This document shows positions 1 to 10,831 of a stretch of DNA of 64,000 nt, one piece after another; position 1 is the stretch's first letter, and each line of letters begins with the position of its first letter. Both the position numbers and the translations under genes were made by a program. The stretch spans positions 4,544,001-4,608,000 of the forward strand of contig OY829846.1 of NCBI GenBank assembly GCA_963691875.1, read 5' to 3'. This DNA is from Aureliella sp. (GTDB lineage Bacteria > Planctomycetota > Planctomycetia > Pirellulales > Pirellulaceae). The notes under the pieces are model-generated. The model was not told where the DNA came from. It made no database searches and saw nothing but the letters and a program-made list of their open reading frames with translations.

Positions 1-99
1 GTGCGTATCGATGATGGGGATGTCGGGTTCATGCGAGCTGGCAGAGATCGGCGACAGAAATAATCCAAGTGCAACGAGCAATTCTCGTAGCGGTTTCAT
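1..99 (-). CDS. Partial (5' end) secreted amidohydrolase-family protein
   Basis: Hand-translated from ATG at 99: MKPLRELLVALGLFLSPISASSHEPDIPIIDTH. Signal peptide followed by the IIDTH start typical of amidohydrolase_2 proteins; runs off the window edge and is absent from the ORF track. Confidence 0.65.
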   Translation of the reverse strand, partial: MKPLRELLVALGLFLSPISASSHEPDIPIIDTH

Positions 100-180
100 G
101 TAAGAATTCATCTGTAAGGATTCTGACATTAGAGCTGGGGAAAGCCGTAATTTCGCTGCGCTTGCTGTAGGCCGGCGAGC

Positions 181-1575
181 TTAGCCGAGTAACTCTTCGA
201 TTGGTCCCTTTTGAGGATTCGTCAATGCGACATCGAGGGCTCCGTAGTGATCGATCGAGTTGCCGTAGGCGTTGAGGATCGTGGTGTACCAGTTGCCTAA
301 AGTCTTGTGTCCAGGCTGACCGTAGCCAGGCAAGCGAATGTAGCGACGACCAAGATTGAGTCGAGCATTGTCGCCAGCTAGTACGACGAAGGGCCACTCG
401 GTTCCTTTGCTGTGATGTGTTTCCCCATTGTCCGAAAAATACAAAAGCGCCGTATTGTCGAACATGTTGCCATCGCCTTCGGGAACGCTCTTCAGGCGGC
501 TGACGATGCGGTCAACTACCGTCATGTGCTGCTCGCGCACTCGATTTCGAATTTCAATCGCCTCAACACCACCAAAGGACTTGTTGTGTCCGACGTCGTG
601 CAAGTTGACGTTCTCGCCTTCAATTCCGGATAATCCCGTATAAGGCGTGCCTAGTTCGTCGACAGTGAAAGTCGCTACGTTGGTCATGCCTGAAATCAAG
701 GTGGAGAGAAGAATCTCTGTGAGACCCGATTGGCGATCGATGGTGGAAAGATTCTCGGAGAGGTATTTCGCGTCCAGCTTGGGAATGTGTTTGCGAATGC
801 TCTCGGCCATCGCGTCGACTCGACGATTGCGAGCTCGCACATCCTGGATAGCATCGGCGTAGTTCGCTACTTTGAGGCGTTCGCGACCGAGTTGTTCTTC
901 GGCCAAACCTGCTTCGCCCTTGGCCAAGAACTGAAGCATGCTACGCTCTAGTTCATAACGTGTTCGCTCAGTAGGATCAGCGGACACCGACTTAAATAAC
1001 TCTTGCAAGGCAACTTTGGGCGAGCCGAAAGCGTAGTTGGGTTGCTGCGGTCCGCGAGCAGAAAAGCCTTTTTCGATCCCATTGATGTTTCCACGCGAAT
1101 TGCCGCCACCTGTCGGGAAACAGGCGAGCTCGATGTGCTCGAATGGAGATGGAAACATTCTGGCAAGTTCAAAGTCGACTGTGGCCCATGGGATCGAACT
1201 GATACGTTCGTTGGCTTTGAAAGCCCCCAGCGAGGAACACCAAGTGTGGTGGCCGGTGGTACACATTTTGCCAGACAGACCCTGCAGAATTGTCATGTTG
1301 TCACGATGATTGGCAATGGGTGTCATCCATTCTGGCAATTCATGTCCATCAAGATCGGCAACGAACGCTTCTTTCTTTTGCTCCGACTCAAGCTGTTCTG
1401 CGTCGAATGAAGGCGGCACGAGCGACTCAGGCAACAAGCCGTTGCCTTTATGCATAAAGATGAATCGAGTCGGCCGTTGCCCCGTCGATGCAGGGTCCGC
1501 GAACAGGCTGGGCGCCATCGCTAGTGCACTCGCACCAAAGAGCCCTGTTTTCAATAGTTCACGACGTGAGTTCAT
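181..1575 (-). CDS. DUF1552 (HXXSHH family) protein, Tat-exported
   Basis: Tat leader SRRELLK; RFIFMHKGNG; LHDVGHN; C-terminal LKSVPEGDGNMFDNTALLYFSDNGETHHS..WPFVVLAG. Confidence 0.85.
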   Translation of the reverse strand: MNSRRELLKTGLFGASALAMAPSLFADPASTGQRPTRFIFMHKGNGLLPESLVPPSFDAEQLESEQKKEAFVADLDGHELPEWMTPIANHRDNMTILQGLSGKMCTTGHHTWCSSLGAFKANERISSIPWATVDFELARMFPSPFEHIELACFPTGGGNSRGNINGIEKGFSARGPQQPNYAFGSPKVALQELFKSVSADPTERTRYELERSMLQFLAKGEAGLAEEQLGRERLKVANYADAIQDVRARNRRVDAMAESIRKHIPKLDAKYLSENLSTIDRQSGLTEILLSTLISGMTNVATFTVDELGTPYTGLSGIEGENVNLHDVGHNKSFGGVEAIEIRNRVREQHMTVVDRIVSRLKSVPEGDGNMFDNTALLYFSDNGETHHSKGTEWPFVVLAGDNARLNLGRRYIRLPGYGQPGHKTLGNWYTTILNAYGNSIDHYGALDVALTNPQKGPIEELLG

Positions 1576-1631
1576 AGGTTGTCCATGTCAGTTGAACGAT
1601 AAGTTGTGTCTTGCCGAGTCTTGGGCATGTT

Positions 1632-1747
1632 GAGCCGCGACTGCGTATGCGGCTGGGTAGCCATTTGCCCTTAATGAGCAAATTGACTGACGCCTTAGGG
1701 CAATGCGTCTCACTCAAACGTTGGATGCCTCGCTCACGCGTCGGGTT
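1632..1747. repeat. Degenerate REP-like palindromic elements (two)
   Basis: GAGCCGCGACTGCGTATGCGGCT (1632-1654) and CCTCGCTCACGCGTCGGGTT (1728-1747); they resemble planctomycete intergenic repeats as I recall them. The second overlaps the upstream gene's stop codon. Confidence 0.4.
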
Positions 1748-4277
1748 GAGATTTTCTATACATGAAGGAGTCCGAGGTGAGCAGCGAAACAACGACTGCT
1801 CGGAAACTTCCTCCGCTCTTTAAGTATGCTTGATCGGCGCTGATCAATGTTTGTGAATCTGACAGCATTTCGTTCCTTCCCAAGAAAAATCGAAAGGCGT
1901 GACGGATTATTGATTGTCTAACTTTATCGGATCTAGCCAGTCGATCAATCAAGTCAAATGCATCTTCCACCGGACCGTCAAGTTCTTTGCTACCGCTACC
2001 GGTCAACATCCCTGAGGCGACAACTGGCTTTTTCTTGTAGTTTGTCGGTGAGTTCTTAGTTGCCTTGGGAAGGATGTTGTCTGGATGCTCCAGTGCTTCC
2101 AGCTTGCGAAAACGTCCAAAGTCATCGAAGACTTCAAGAGCGAGTCCCAGTGGATTCATCTGCTGATGGCATTTCCAGCATTCCTGTTTCAGAGTTACGG
2201 AATCCAAACGCTCGCGCAAGCTGCGGTGATGGTCTTCCGGGATTTGAGCATCGACGGTGATCGGTACATCCGGCACTTGGCCCGCCAGCAATTTTTCTCG
2301 GATCCACCGACCGCGACGCACCGGATCAGTCTCGGTGTTTTGCGAATGAGCCAGGAGCCAGGCTGGATGCGTTAACAAGCCTTTGCGATTGGGAATCGAG
2401 AAAGGTTGCTTTGTTTGAAAACTCCATGTCTTCATCCCTTCCGGGTACTCACCGCGCGATAGACGTCCTTTGTAATGCAGTGGGCCGGCACCGGCGACGG
2501 GCGGTAGGTTATAGATTTCGGCATGACGGTATTTCTGGCCACCATGAAAGAACCATGGATAAGTAATCGGTGTGACGCCTTGACCAAAAGTGTTCTCAAA
2601 GAAGATCATAAAACGCTCGAAGTCGCGCACATGTACTTTGCGGCGTTTCTCGTCTAGGTTGGTGATCTTGATGATCGCGAACAGCTCTTTCTTATCCTCG
2701 AAGTTTTCGAGCAGCGCTTGTTCGACATCCGCCCTCCAGGCCGTGTCTTTTAGGCCATCGTAGGCCCTGCGCCATTCATCAACGATCTTTTGCCCTTCTT
2801 CATTGCTGCGTGTGTGCAAGACGAAGTTCTGGTCTGTGGTTAGCAACTGTTCAAAGACATTCTGATCCTGCTCCAGGATGTAGTCTACGATTCGGTCCGC
2901 CTCGTCCGTAACGTACCCAGCTGTGCCTGTGTAGCCACGGCTTCCGTTGTCGTAGAATCCGCCGCTGCGTAGCTCGTCTTTGAAGAGCTTCATGCTAGCT
3001 GGATAGCCAAAGAACTCGCGAAAGAATCGAACCAGTTTCGGATGAGGTGATTTGTGCGATCCTGGGCTGATGCCGCTGATGGTTGGATCGACCGCGTCAT
3101 ATAAGGTCTGCCTGTCCGACAAGAGTCGGATGACTTCCCGCTCGTAGTCTTCTTTGGATAGTAGCCGTCTGTCCTGAGCAGCTTTGACCAGGGCCGCATC
3201 TGGACCGCGATCAGAAATGGCATAAGCAATGGCATAACTCGCTTCACGCGGTGAAAGCTTCCGCCGGCCGTGCGAGTCCGCTTCGCCCTCACCAAACTCG
3301 ATGCGATACAAGAATTCCGACTTCAGCAAAACGCTGACGAGCATCTGCCGAAGGCCATCTTCATTGCCCGCCAACTTGACTGCCGATCGAAATAGCTGAA
3401 GATGCTCATGGCGTTCTGAGTCCGTCGGCTCACGCTGCAGCACGCATTGAAATTGAGCAGAAATGGCTGCAGTTAATGCTGCGTTGTCTGGTGCGCCTTC
3501 GTGCTTGGCAACCGCAATAAACTCCGGAGGAGATCTCGGCGGCACCCAGCGATCCTTTGGATTGGCAAACTCGATCTTGCGACGATCCCCATCATCATGC
3601 CTCGCCGCGAGCAGCTGCTTGTCAGCAATCCATCGAGCATTGTTGAGCATGATCAACAGGTGACCGCCGTCGAGCGCCGTCGTGTCGTAGTAGCGAACGC
3701 CTGAATTTTCAGGCAAGATGATTGGGTTGGTCACGCCGTAGAAAGAACGTTGTCGCTCGTGCCCCTCGAGCTGGAATATGGCATTGACTCGTTCATGAAA
3801 GATCTGAGGACTCACTAACCATCGACGCGCCGGCGTGAAGGGCTTGTCGTCGACCGATCCGTCAAAGAGCTTTTTGTGATCGACATAGTTCCCGTATTGG
3901 GGATAGCGGAGCTTTTCGTCGAGGTTCGATGCGTTGTGGCTACGGAGTGTTTTTCGGAGCCAGCCCGCTAGTAAGCTTTCTTCCGATTCGATGAATCGAT
4001 TGAAATCCTTAGGAGGCATGAGCCCAAAAAAAACTTGATCCTGTGCCCGATTCATCAGTTCCAGTTTCGCTGTTAGCTGGAGTTGTGAGAAATTATCGAA
4101 ACGCACACCTGCTTCGGCCCCGTCCCCCGTGTGGCAATCGAGACAGCGCTCAGCAACAACCTCACTCACTTGGTCCGGCATCTCAACCGATCTATCATCG
4201 GCCCGCGAGAGGTTCGAAACGCAAGTGAAAGCGAAGTAAGTTAGAACACGAAGCAGGAAAATGGAGCGGTAAATCAG
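1734..4277 (-). CDS. DUF1588/DUF1592/DUF1585-family diheme protein with planctomycete cytochrome c domain
   Basis: CLDCH near the N-terminus, CWKCH near the C-terminus, RKGLLTHPAWL..TDPVRRGRWIREKLL. First ATG is 4181, but the frame stays open upstream and encodes a signal peptide, so the start is placed tentatively at CTG 4277. Confidence 0.85.
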   Translation of the reverse strand: MIYRSIFLLRVLTYFAFTCVSNLSRADDRSVEMPDQVSEVVAERCLDCHTGDGAEAGVRFDNFSQLQLTAKLELMNRAQDQVFFGLMPPKDFNRFIESEESLLAGWLRKTLRSHNASNLDEKLRYPQYGNYVDHKKLFDGSVDDKPFTPARRWLVSPQIFHERVNAIFQLEGHERQRSFYGVTNPIILPENSGVRYYDTTALDGGHLLIMLNNARWIADKQLLAARHDDGDRRKIEFANPKDRWVPPRSPPEFIAVAKHEGAPDNAALTAAISAQFQCVLQREPTDSERHEHLQLFRSAVKLAGNEDGLRQMLVSVLLKSEFLYRIEFGEGEADSHGRRKLSPREASYAIAYAISDRGPDAALVKAAQDRRLLSKEDYEREVIRLLSDRQTLYDAVDPTISGISPGSHKSPHPKLVRFFREFFGYPASMKLFKDELRSGGFYDNGSRGYTGTAGYVTDEADRIVDYILEQDQNVFEQLLTTDQNFVLHTRSNEEGQKIVDEWRRAYDGLKDTAWRADVEQALLENFEDKKELFAIIKITNLDEKRRKVHVRDFERFMIFFENTFGQGVTPITYPWFFHGGQKYRHAEIYNLPPVAGAGPLHYKGRLSRGEYPEGMKTWSFQTKQPFSIPNRKGLLTHPAWLLAHSQNTETDPVRRGRWIREKLLAGQVPDVPITVDAQIPEDHHRSLRERLDSVTLKQECWKCHQQMNPLGLALEVFDDFGRFRKLEALEHPDNILPKATKNSPTNYKKKPVVASGMLTGSGSKELDGPVEDAFDLIDRLARSDKVRQSIIRHAFRFFLGRNEMLSDSQTLISADQAYLKSGGSFRAVVVSLLTSDSFMYRKSQPDA

Positions 4278-4397
4278 CGGTCTCTTTCGTTCTGGTAGTT
4301 GATGAGGTTACGAATCCAGAAGCACGGTTCCGGCAAAGCAAGCCGGAGCCTGCGGCTGGGCGTCATACAAATCTATCCTTGCATAGACTCACGGTTG

Positions 4398-6881
4398 TTA
4401 CCGAAACAAAGGACTGTCGATGACAGCGGCGATCGTTTCGATGATCCGGTAATCGTGCTCGTTAGAAATATCTACAAGTTTCTCAATCTCAGCATAATCA
4501 CTCACTTTGGGTTCTTCGCCATTTGCGTAAGTCAATAACTTCTCAACAAAGCAGCGAACGAAGAGGCGTTGGCGGGCGGCAGAGTTCATGATCTCTCGAA
4601 ACTCGATGATGCCGCGATAGTTCTCACCACTCGCAAAAGCAGCGCTCGCATCGATCGGAATCTCCGCTGCTCTCCCTCTACGATTAGCGGGCGCGTTCTT
4701 TGCATCGCTGGAATCGCGAACGGTATAGGCGTCTCGCCAGCTACCATCGGGGCCAAAGTTTTCAAATGCGTAGCCGTAGGGATCGATACCTTGGTGGCAG
4801 GAAGCACAGCTTTTATCGGATCGATGCGCCTCGAGAATCTCCTTGATCGTTTTCGCTTGACGTACATCGGGTTCACTGATTTCCACATCAGCCGGAGGTG
4901 GCTTCGGATGAATCCCCAAAAAGTTCTCCATCACATACACGGCGCGATGAATCGGCGAAGTTCCCAGACTGTCAGCTGTCGAAGTCAGGAATGCTCCCAT
5001 GCCTAGCAATCCACCGCGTCGTCGGTCAGCAAAGGCATAACGCTCAAAAGTAGAGCTTTTCGGCCCGTCTTCGATTCCATAGATCTTAGCTAGGTCCGCG
5101 TTGATGAAGCTGTAGTCGGATGATAGTAGCTCCGGCAGAGGAAGATTTTCCTTCGCCGCGTGACGGAAGAAACGGAGCACTTCTTCTACCATGTCTTCGC
5201 TGACCAACTTGCGATGATAGTGCTTGAAGTAATCAGGATCGGGTGCCATAAAATTGATATCGTTCAGCTCAAGCCAGGCGAAGGGAAAAGCCCGGAGGAA
5301 CGCATCGGCCTTGCCCGACTGGAACTGAGCCTGAACCTCATTACGAATCTCCTCAAAGGAATCCAGCTCCCCGTCAGTGATAGATTCGTTCAACTCCCTG
5401 GGCGGAGTACTGCTTGCAAGCAGATAAGAGAACTTGGACGCAAAGCGTTGTTCCGGTGTCAGCTCCGGTTGGTTAAGCAAAAGAAACTCCGGAGAGACCA
5501 GCACCGCCACGATGCCTTCTTTCAAGGCTTCGATTTCACCGAGTTCTTTCCTCAACTGCACTAGCTCGACAAAGGGCTTCAGTTCTTCTTCGGAAATAGA
5601 GCGTCGCCAAGCTCGTTCGGCGATCGGTCGCAAAATGGATGACGCTCCGTCGATCGTTGGTTCTTCACCCAATAGTGCGATCTGACGTTTGGGAGGCCAG
5701 GACTTGTAAATCGGGCCTTCAACTACCGCGCTGAGAATGCGAGGTCTAGGGCCTTGCCAATAGTCGACCCAGTTGTGCCAGTCATCAGTTTGTCGCTGCC
5801 TGCCGTCGCCCCGTTTCTTGGTAAATGTCTTTGCTAGTTCCTTGTAACGCTGTGGTTCGTACTTCTTGTAGTAAAATGCCGTGATGCGGTTCTGAAACTT
5901 GAAGTTCCCATTGCCTTGCAGCCGCAGTCCGTCGGTCGGGTGTTTCAGGCGAAATCGAGTTCCTGCGGCCAGCCACTCGTCGAGTTCAATCTCAGTTGTT
6001 TCCTTGTCGGGCAAATCGAAAAGGCGTTTGCGATCGCCCATGATGACTTGCAGCCGAATGGGATCCGCGTCGTAAATACCCGTCCATTCCTCATCGTAGC
6101 GTCCTCGATCCAGCCCTACGCATTCGATTTTGATACTGTACCAGCCAGTGGTTGGAGTGGTCTCGAAGTCATCAAAGTAGGCCAGTGACCTAGGATCGAG
6201 AAAGTCAAAACCATCACGTCTGCCAGGCCGAGCAGGGCGCTTGGTGTTCTGACTGGTGGTAGCACCTAGGATGTTGGTTGGTCGAATCAAATAGCGTTTC
6301 GAATGCGGGCGGTCGCCGGTGAGAATCGTCGCGTCGACGATTTTTCGTACCGCTTCGACATATTGCTCTAAGTGAAACTTGCTGAAGCCCAGGGTTGCAG
6401 CATGCGTGTCAAAGCCGTGGTGCAATGAATCTCCGATGAGATCAGCTGCTGGCAAATGCGTCCCAATGTCCTCGATTAGTAATACGTCCGCGATGCTGTT
6501 GGCAAACTCGCGGTTGTTCATCCGCCGTACGACTTGCGGACGGGCTGCTTCTTCTGCTGGCGGCTCGTACTCGTCGATCTTCTCATTCAAGAAGTCGATC
6601 AGCTCTTCGCGTTCTTCCTCAGTCAGCTGGATTCCATCCTCCGGCGGCATCTCCTCGGCTTCGACGCGTTCGAGCGAAGTCATCCATAGCTCAAGGCTAT
6701 CTTCGTCTGCGCTTTCGCCAAGATCGAGAAGTGAAAATTCTCCTTCGGGTTCGTCGCCAACGTGGCAACCAGCACAAAACTCTTTTAGCGTTTTGTGCTC
6801 AACTTCATCGCCGCTGCTTTTCAGGCAGGGAAGGATCGCAAGCAGAACTGTGCTGATGGTAGAAGCCAAGTGCTTTTGCAT
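4398..6881 (-). CDS. DUF1587/1592/1595/1588/1585-family diheme protein
   Basis: Signal peptide, CAGCH, RRMNNREFANSIADVL, RRGGLLGMGAFL, TSPIHRAVYV, CASCH..IDPYGYAFENF. Confidence 0.88.
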   Translation of the reverse strand: MQKHLASTISTVLLAILPCLKSSGDEVEHKTLKEFCAGCHVGDEPEGEFSLLDLGESADEDSLELWMTSLERVEAEEMPPEDGIQLTEEEREELIDFLNEKIDEYEPPAEEAARPQVVRRMNNREFANSIADVLLIEDIGTHLPAADLIGDSLHHGFDTHAATLGFSKFHLEQYVEAVRKIVDATILTGDRPHSKRYLIRPTNILGATTSQNTKRPARPGRRDGFDFLDPRSLAYFDDFETTPTTGWYSIKIECVGLDRGRYDEEWTGIYDADPIRLQVIMGDRKRLFDLPDKETTEIELDEWLAAGTRFRLKHPTDGLRLQGNGNFKFQNRITAFYYKKYEPQRYKELAKTFTKKRGDGRQRQTDDWHNWVDYWQGPRPRILSAVVEGPIYKSWPPKRQIALLGEEPTIDGASSILRPIAERAWRRSISEEELKPFVELVQLRKELGEIEALKEGIVAVLVSPEFLLLNQPELTPEQRFASKFSYLLASSTPPRELNESITDGELDSFEEIRNEVQAQFQSGKADAFLRAFPFAWLELNDINFMAPDPDYFKHYHRKLVSEDMVEEVLRFFRHAAKENLPLPELLSSDYSFINADLAKIYGIEDGPKSSTFERYAFADRRRGGLLGMGAFLTSTADSLGTSPIHRAVYVMENFLGIHPKPPPADVEISEPDVRQAKTIKEILEAHRSDKSCASCHQGIDPYGYAFENFGPDGSWRDAYTVRDSSDAKNAPANRRGRAAEIPIDASAAFASGENYRGIIEFREIMNSAARQRLFVRCFVEKLLTYANGEEPKVSDYAEIEKLVDISNEHDYRIIETIAAVIDSPLFR

Positions 6882-6929
6882 AAGTTTGCTGCGGGCAAGC
6901 GGTGGGTGAATTCGAGAAGCCGGGTGGCT

Positions 6930-8192
6930 CTAGGAAAACTGAAGATCAAAACTACCTGAGCTGGTGTTGAACTTGTCGCGTTCAATTCCAAAGCGTTGCA
7001 TCAAGGTGACGTAAAGATTGCACAACGGCATACTCTTGCCGCTCGAATCACTGGCATCGACATGGCCGCGATGTTGGAAGCCGCCGCCAGCGACCAGGAT
7101 CGGTAAGTTGCGATTGGAGTGTGTACCGCCATAGCCCATGCCACTGCCGAAAAGCACAATCGTATGATCCAGCAGTGAACCTTCGCCTCCGGGCTCTTGG
7201 ATCGAGTCCAATTGCTTTAGTGCTCGAGACAGTCGTGAAACTTGGAAGGACTCGATCCCGACCAGCTCCGAGGTCACATTCTCTTGCTTACCGTTGTGAG
7301 TACAGCCATGATAGCTGCGGTTCACACCATCAATCGAAGTGTAGTTCAGCTCAGCGGGGAACTCGACGCTGGCAACGCGCGTCAAATCAGTTTGGAAGGC
7401 GTAGGCAATCTTGTCAAAGATAGCATCGTATCGATCCTCGATCGTCGAATCGCCCTGCATGTAACGCGAGATATCGAACTTGGGTTTGTCACGTTCGAGC
7501 CAAGTCGTTCTTTCCTGAAGCGAGACTTCGAGTTCTCGAACCGATGTTTGAAACTGATCCAAGCGCCCTCGGTCGGAATTGCTCGAGGTGCCTGCGAGGC
7601 TCGTGAATCGGCTACCAACAGTATCCAAAATGCTTCCATTACGTAGCAGAAGATTGCGTCGGGTCTTCTTTTCTTCGGGCGTCAGATTTAAAAATAGATG
7701 ATCGAATAGCTCCTGCGGATCTGAGATGGGTAGCTTTTCGACACCGTTCGCGGTCCAGCTCATGCGAATGCCTGCTTCGAGCGAGGCTCCAACCGAGTCG
7801 TAGCGCACTTGGCTGCCAATGTGTCGCGCGAAGAGCTGGTCGAGCGACATGTTCTTTTCGGCGTAGGCCTGCGCTTCGCTGGGTAGTACACCGCTGAGAA
7901 AGGATATTTCACGGCCATGTCCGCTAATCATTCCATGATCGGTGCGGGAGATGACCGTCATGCGATCTTTGAGCCACTCCAGTGACTTGAGCGTTGATGA
8001 GATCGTGAAGTCTTTGCCAAAGTCTTTGGGGAAGAAATGCTTTGGGTGGGCGCCAAATGGATTTCCGACGACCAAGAAACGAGTTGGAGGTGCAGAGGCT
8101 GCTTCTCCAGCTGAAGTCATCGATTCTAGAAGCGGAAGGGAAAGTGCTCCTCCGATTCCGCGAAGGATCGTTCGTCGGTCAAAGTGTGGCAT
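6930..8192 (-). CDS. DUF1552 protein, Tat-exported
   Basis: Start moved to ATG 8192 (MPHFDRRTILRGIGGALSLPLLESM); AFQTDLTRVAS, YHGCTHN, SLLDHTIVLFGSGMG..HSNRNLPILVAGG. Confidence 0.9.
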   Translation of the reverse strand: MPHFDRRTILRGIGGALSLPLLESMTSAGEAASAPPTRFLVVGNPFGAHPKHFFPKDFGKDFTISSTLKSLEWLKDRMTVISRTDHGMISGHGREISFLSGVLPSEAQAYAEKNMSLDQLFARHIGSQVRYDSVGASLEAGIRMSWTANGVEKLPISDPQELFDHLFLNLTPEEKKTRRNLLLRNGSILDTVGSRFTSLAGTSSNSDRGRLDQFQTSVRELEVSLQERTTWLERDKPKFDISRYMQGDSTIEDRYDAIFDKIAYAFQTDLTRVASVEFPAELNYTSIDGVNRSYHGCTHNGKQENVTSELVGIESFQVSRLSRALKQLDSIQEPGGEGSLLDHTIVLFGSGMGYGGTHSNRNLPILVAGGGFQHRGHVDASDSSGKSMPLCNLYVTLMQRFGIERDKFNTSSGSFDLQFS

Positions 8193-8299
8193 TGGGCGTA
8201 CCGGCTGAATGTGACTTGGTGACCCTCCCCCTTGCCAGGGCTCGCCCATCCCCAAATTCCTCGCAGAACCCGGAAAGAGAGGGTACGTGTTGTACTGAA

Positions 8300-10831
8300 C
8301 TACTGCAATTCCTCGCGTGTGCGATATAAAAATGCATCGGAGGTAAGCAGGGAAACGAGCAGGGCTTTCATGCTGCCACCACTTTCCCTGTAAGCGAGAT
8401 GAGCATCTTGTAGCACTGGGGCGTCATTGAGCGTTTCATTACGCCCCATCCAGAATCGGAAGGCGTGACGCACGAATACTTGCTCGGCCCGCTCGCTTTC
8501 CGCCAGCTTCTGGATCATCTCCAAGGCATTGCCCACTTTGCCATCTAGTTCAGGATCGCCGGAGTCGATGATCTCGCCTGAGGTGTCGATAGGTTTATCG
8601 AGTTCCATCGTGCGATAAAGGCCGGCATGATTGAACATTTCGAAAGGCAGGCCGAGCGGATCCATCTTTTGATGACAAGTCCAGCAGTAATCCGCTTTGG
8701 TGACTCGCATGCGCTCACGCAATGTGCTCTTCGGTTCATCTGGTAGCATCGCGTCGACGGTAATCGGAACATCAGGAATTCCACCACCCAGCAAACGTTC
8801 GCGAATCCAGCGTCCACGCAGGATCGCGTGATTGTCCATGGCATCCGAATGAGAGACGAGCCAACTTGGGTGAGTCAGAATTCCCATCCGCTGACCTTCA
8901 GGTATCGAGGCAAGGAAGCGTTCTGGCTTCATCGAACCATTGCCGAAGCTGCGTCGACTAACACGAGCAAATACCTTCGGGCCTGACAAATCGGCTTCCT
9001 CGACGTTGTGATTCGTGTTATCCGTCTTGCGTTTCTTTTTCTTCGGAGGCTTCTTACCTGGATTCTCTTTCTTCCAAGCTTCCAGTTCCTCGGCCTCTTT
9101 CCGCTTGGCTTCTTCCTCGCGCCTCTTCGCCTCTGCAATGGAAGCCGCTCTTTCCTCCTTGGTGCGTTGTCGCCCGAAGTAGATCTTATCGGCCTTAGTG
9201 GCGACTACTTTGTCCGTCGTGAGCAATTCCTTGAGAACGTCATGGTCTTCCTCTAAGATCATTTCGATCAAGCGATCTGTGCTCGCCGTTGCATCAAACA
9301 TGGCTCGGTAGTACGACTGGCCACGGTTGCTCGCGCCGGTTTCTGCCAGTGCTTTTGAATCCTTGCAAATGTAGCCACCGAGGTCGTAGTCGAAGTAGTC
9401 GCGGAAGAACTGCATGATGCGCGGCTTGCGAATACTTTGATCGCCAAGCATGCGGTTCAGTTCACGTTTGACATCTTCTTTGGTTCGCATGCGCCCATCG
9501 GCGATCGCAGTTCGCAACTCCTCGTCTGGCTTGATGTATCGCAAGGCGTGGTTCAGGGCTAAACCGAGTTCCCAGTCTTGCAGCATGATGCGGCCATGTT
9601 CATCAACCCCGTTGGTTTTGGCGAGCTCAGGTCGAAAAAGCGCGTCTCGGTCCAGGAAGATTGCGGAAAAGCCAAGCACGGCTCCTTCCTCTTTGCCCAG
9701 AGTGGCGATTGATTCCTTGGCGATACCAAGGTACTCATCGAGTTCCTCTTGGGTGGGAGGCCGGAAGGTCAATGCTTCGAAAAGGTACTCTACCGAAGCT
9801 CGGAGATGTTCTTCTGATAGCTCATCTTCCTTCATAAGCTCGTGAACAGGCGTCATCGGACGCATGATCTTCGTGCTGTAAACCAAGCTGGTTGGCAAGC
9901 CGCGAAGGTCGCCCTTCATCTTGTCTTCGATCGACTTGGGGTCATCCGTGATCTGGTAGTCATTCGCGATACTCAGCGGGCCGTAGGCCATATAACGAAT
10001 GATGTCACCAGCGACATCCATGATTTGTGTGGCTTCCGCACTGTTGACGGTGTAGAAGTCTGGATAGTTCTCCAAGCCATGGTGGCGCGCTGAGGAAAGG
10101 ACTGCAGGCACGCTTTTCACTGAAGTCGCGTAGGCAACGGTTCCGCCTTGCCACTTAATGATCCGGTCAGTGCCGAAGTAGAGCTTCAATTCCCCGCCAT
10201 GATTGGTAGGGACGACATCTCCATGGGTTCGTATTCCAGGTTTGTTCGGATCAAACTCTGGCTCTTTATTGATCAACTCGTTGAGCCGCGTGATATGTTC
10301 CTGCGGAGTGACTCGCCATAGACGGGCTGGCGAGGAAGTCGGCTTGAGCTTGATTCCCTTCGGCAATTTGCCGAAGAGGAGCTCATGATCAATAAAGTTG
10401 CCCTTGTTGGGATCACGATGAGCGTGAAAGCCGCCTTTGTGCTTCATTGCTTTTGTCATCTCGTCGACGACCCAAGCAGAGAATTCTAGACGCTCAATAG
10501 TCTCTGGATGTTCGCTATCTTCTGGAGGCATCTCTTTGAGCGCGACTTGTGCCCAGACGCTTTTCCAAGTAGCTGCGTTGATTTCGTCGATAGGCCCAAG
10601 ATCGTCCAAGGCGAGATTGCCCTCGGGATCGCTTCCACTGTGGCAATCCACGCAGTGTTTTTCAAGAAAGCCTTTTGCAAAGTCCCTGAAATTCTTTTTT
10701 GAAATCTTGCCGGGCGTAAACTTGGGATCTGGTTCGGCAGCCGTCGCTTGGTTCACAGAAGGTGCAAGCGCGCAGCAGAGCAACGCGATGACGAACCAAA
10801 CTGAGGGCCGCAAGGTTGCGGCTAAACTCAT
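8300..10831 (-). CDS. DUF1588/DUF1592-family diheme protein
   Basis: Signal peptide, [33 protein letters not shown]; clear paralog of 1734-4277. Confidence 0.88.
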   Translation of the reverse strand: MSLAATLRPSVWFVIALLCCALAPSVNQATAAEPDPKFTPGKISKKNFRDFAKGFLEKHCVDCHSGSDPEGNLALDDLGPIDEINAATWKSVWAQVALKEMPPEDSEHPETIERLEFSAWVVDEMTKAMKHKGGFHAHRDPNKGNFIDHELLFGKLPKGIKLKPTSSPARLWRVTPQEHITRLNELINKEPEFDPNKPGIRTHGDVVPTNHGGELKLYFGTDRIIKWQGGTVAYATSVKSVPAVLSSARHHGLENYPDFYTVNSAEATQIMDVAGDIIRYMAYGPLSIANDYQITDDPKSIEDKMKGDLRGLPTSLVYSTKIMRPMTPVHELMKEDELSEEHLRASVEYLFEALTFRPPTQEELDEYLGIAKESIATLGKEEGAVLGFSAIFLDRDALFRPELAKTNGVDEHGRIMLQDWELGLALNHALRYIKPDEELRTAIADGRMRTKEDVKRELNRMLGDQSIRKPRIMQFFRDYFDYDLGGYICKDSKALAETGASNRGQSYYRAMFDATASTDRLIEMILEEDHDVLKELLTTDKVVATKADKIYFGRQRTKEERAASIAEAKRREEEAKRKEAEELEAWKKENPGKKPPKKKKRKTDNTNHNVEEADLSGPKVFARVSRRSFGNGSMKPERFLASIPEGQRMGILTHPSWLVSHSDAMDNHAILRGRWIRERLLGGGIPDVPITVDAMLPDEPKSTLRERMRVTKADYCWTCHQKMDPLGLPFEMFNHAGLYRTMELDKPIDTSGEIIDSGDPELDGKVGNALEMIQKLAESERAEQVFVRHAFRFWMGRNETLNDAPVLQDAHLAYRESGGSMKALLVSLLTSDAFLYRTREELQ

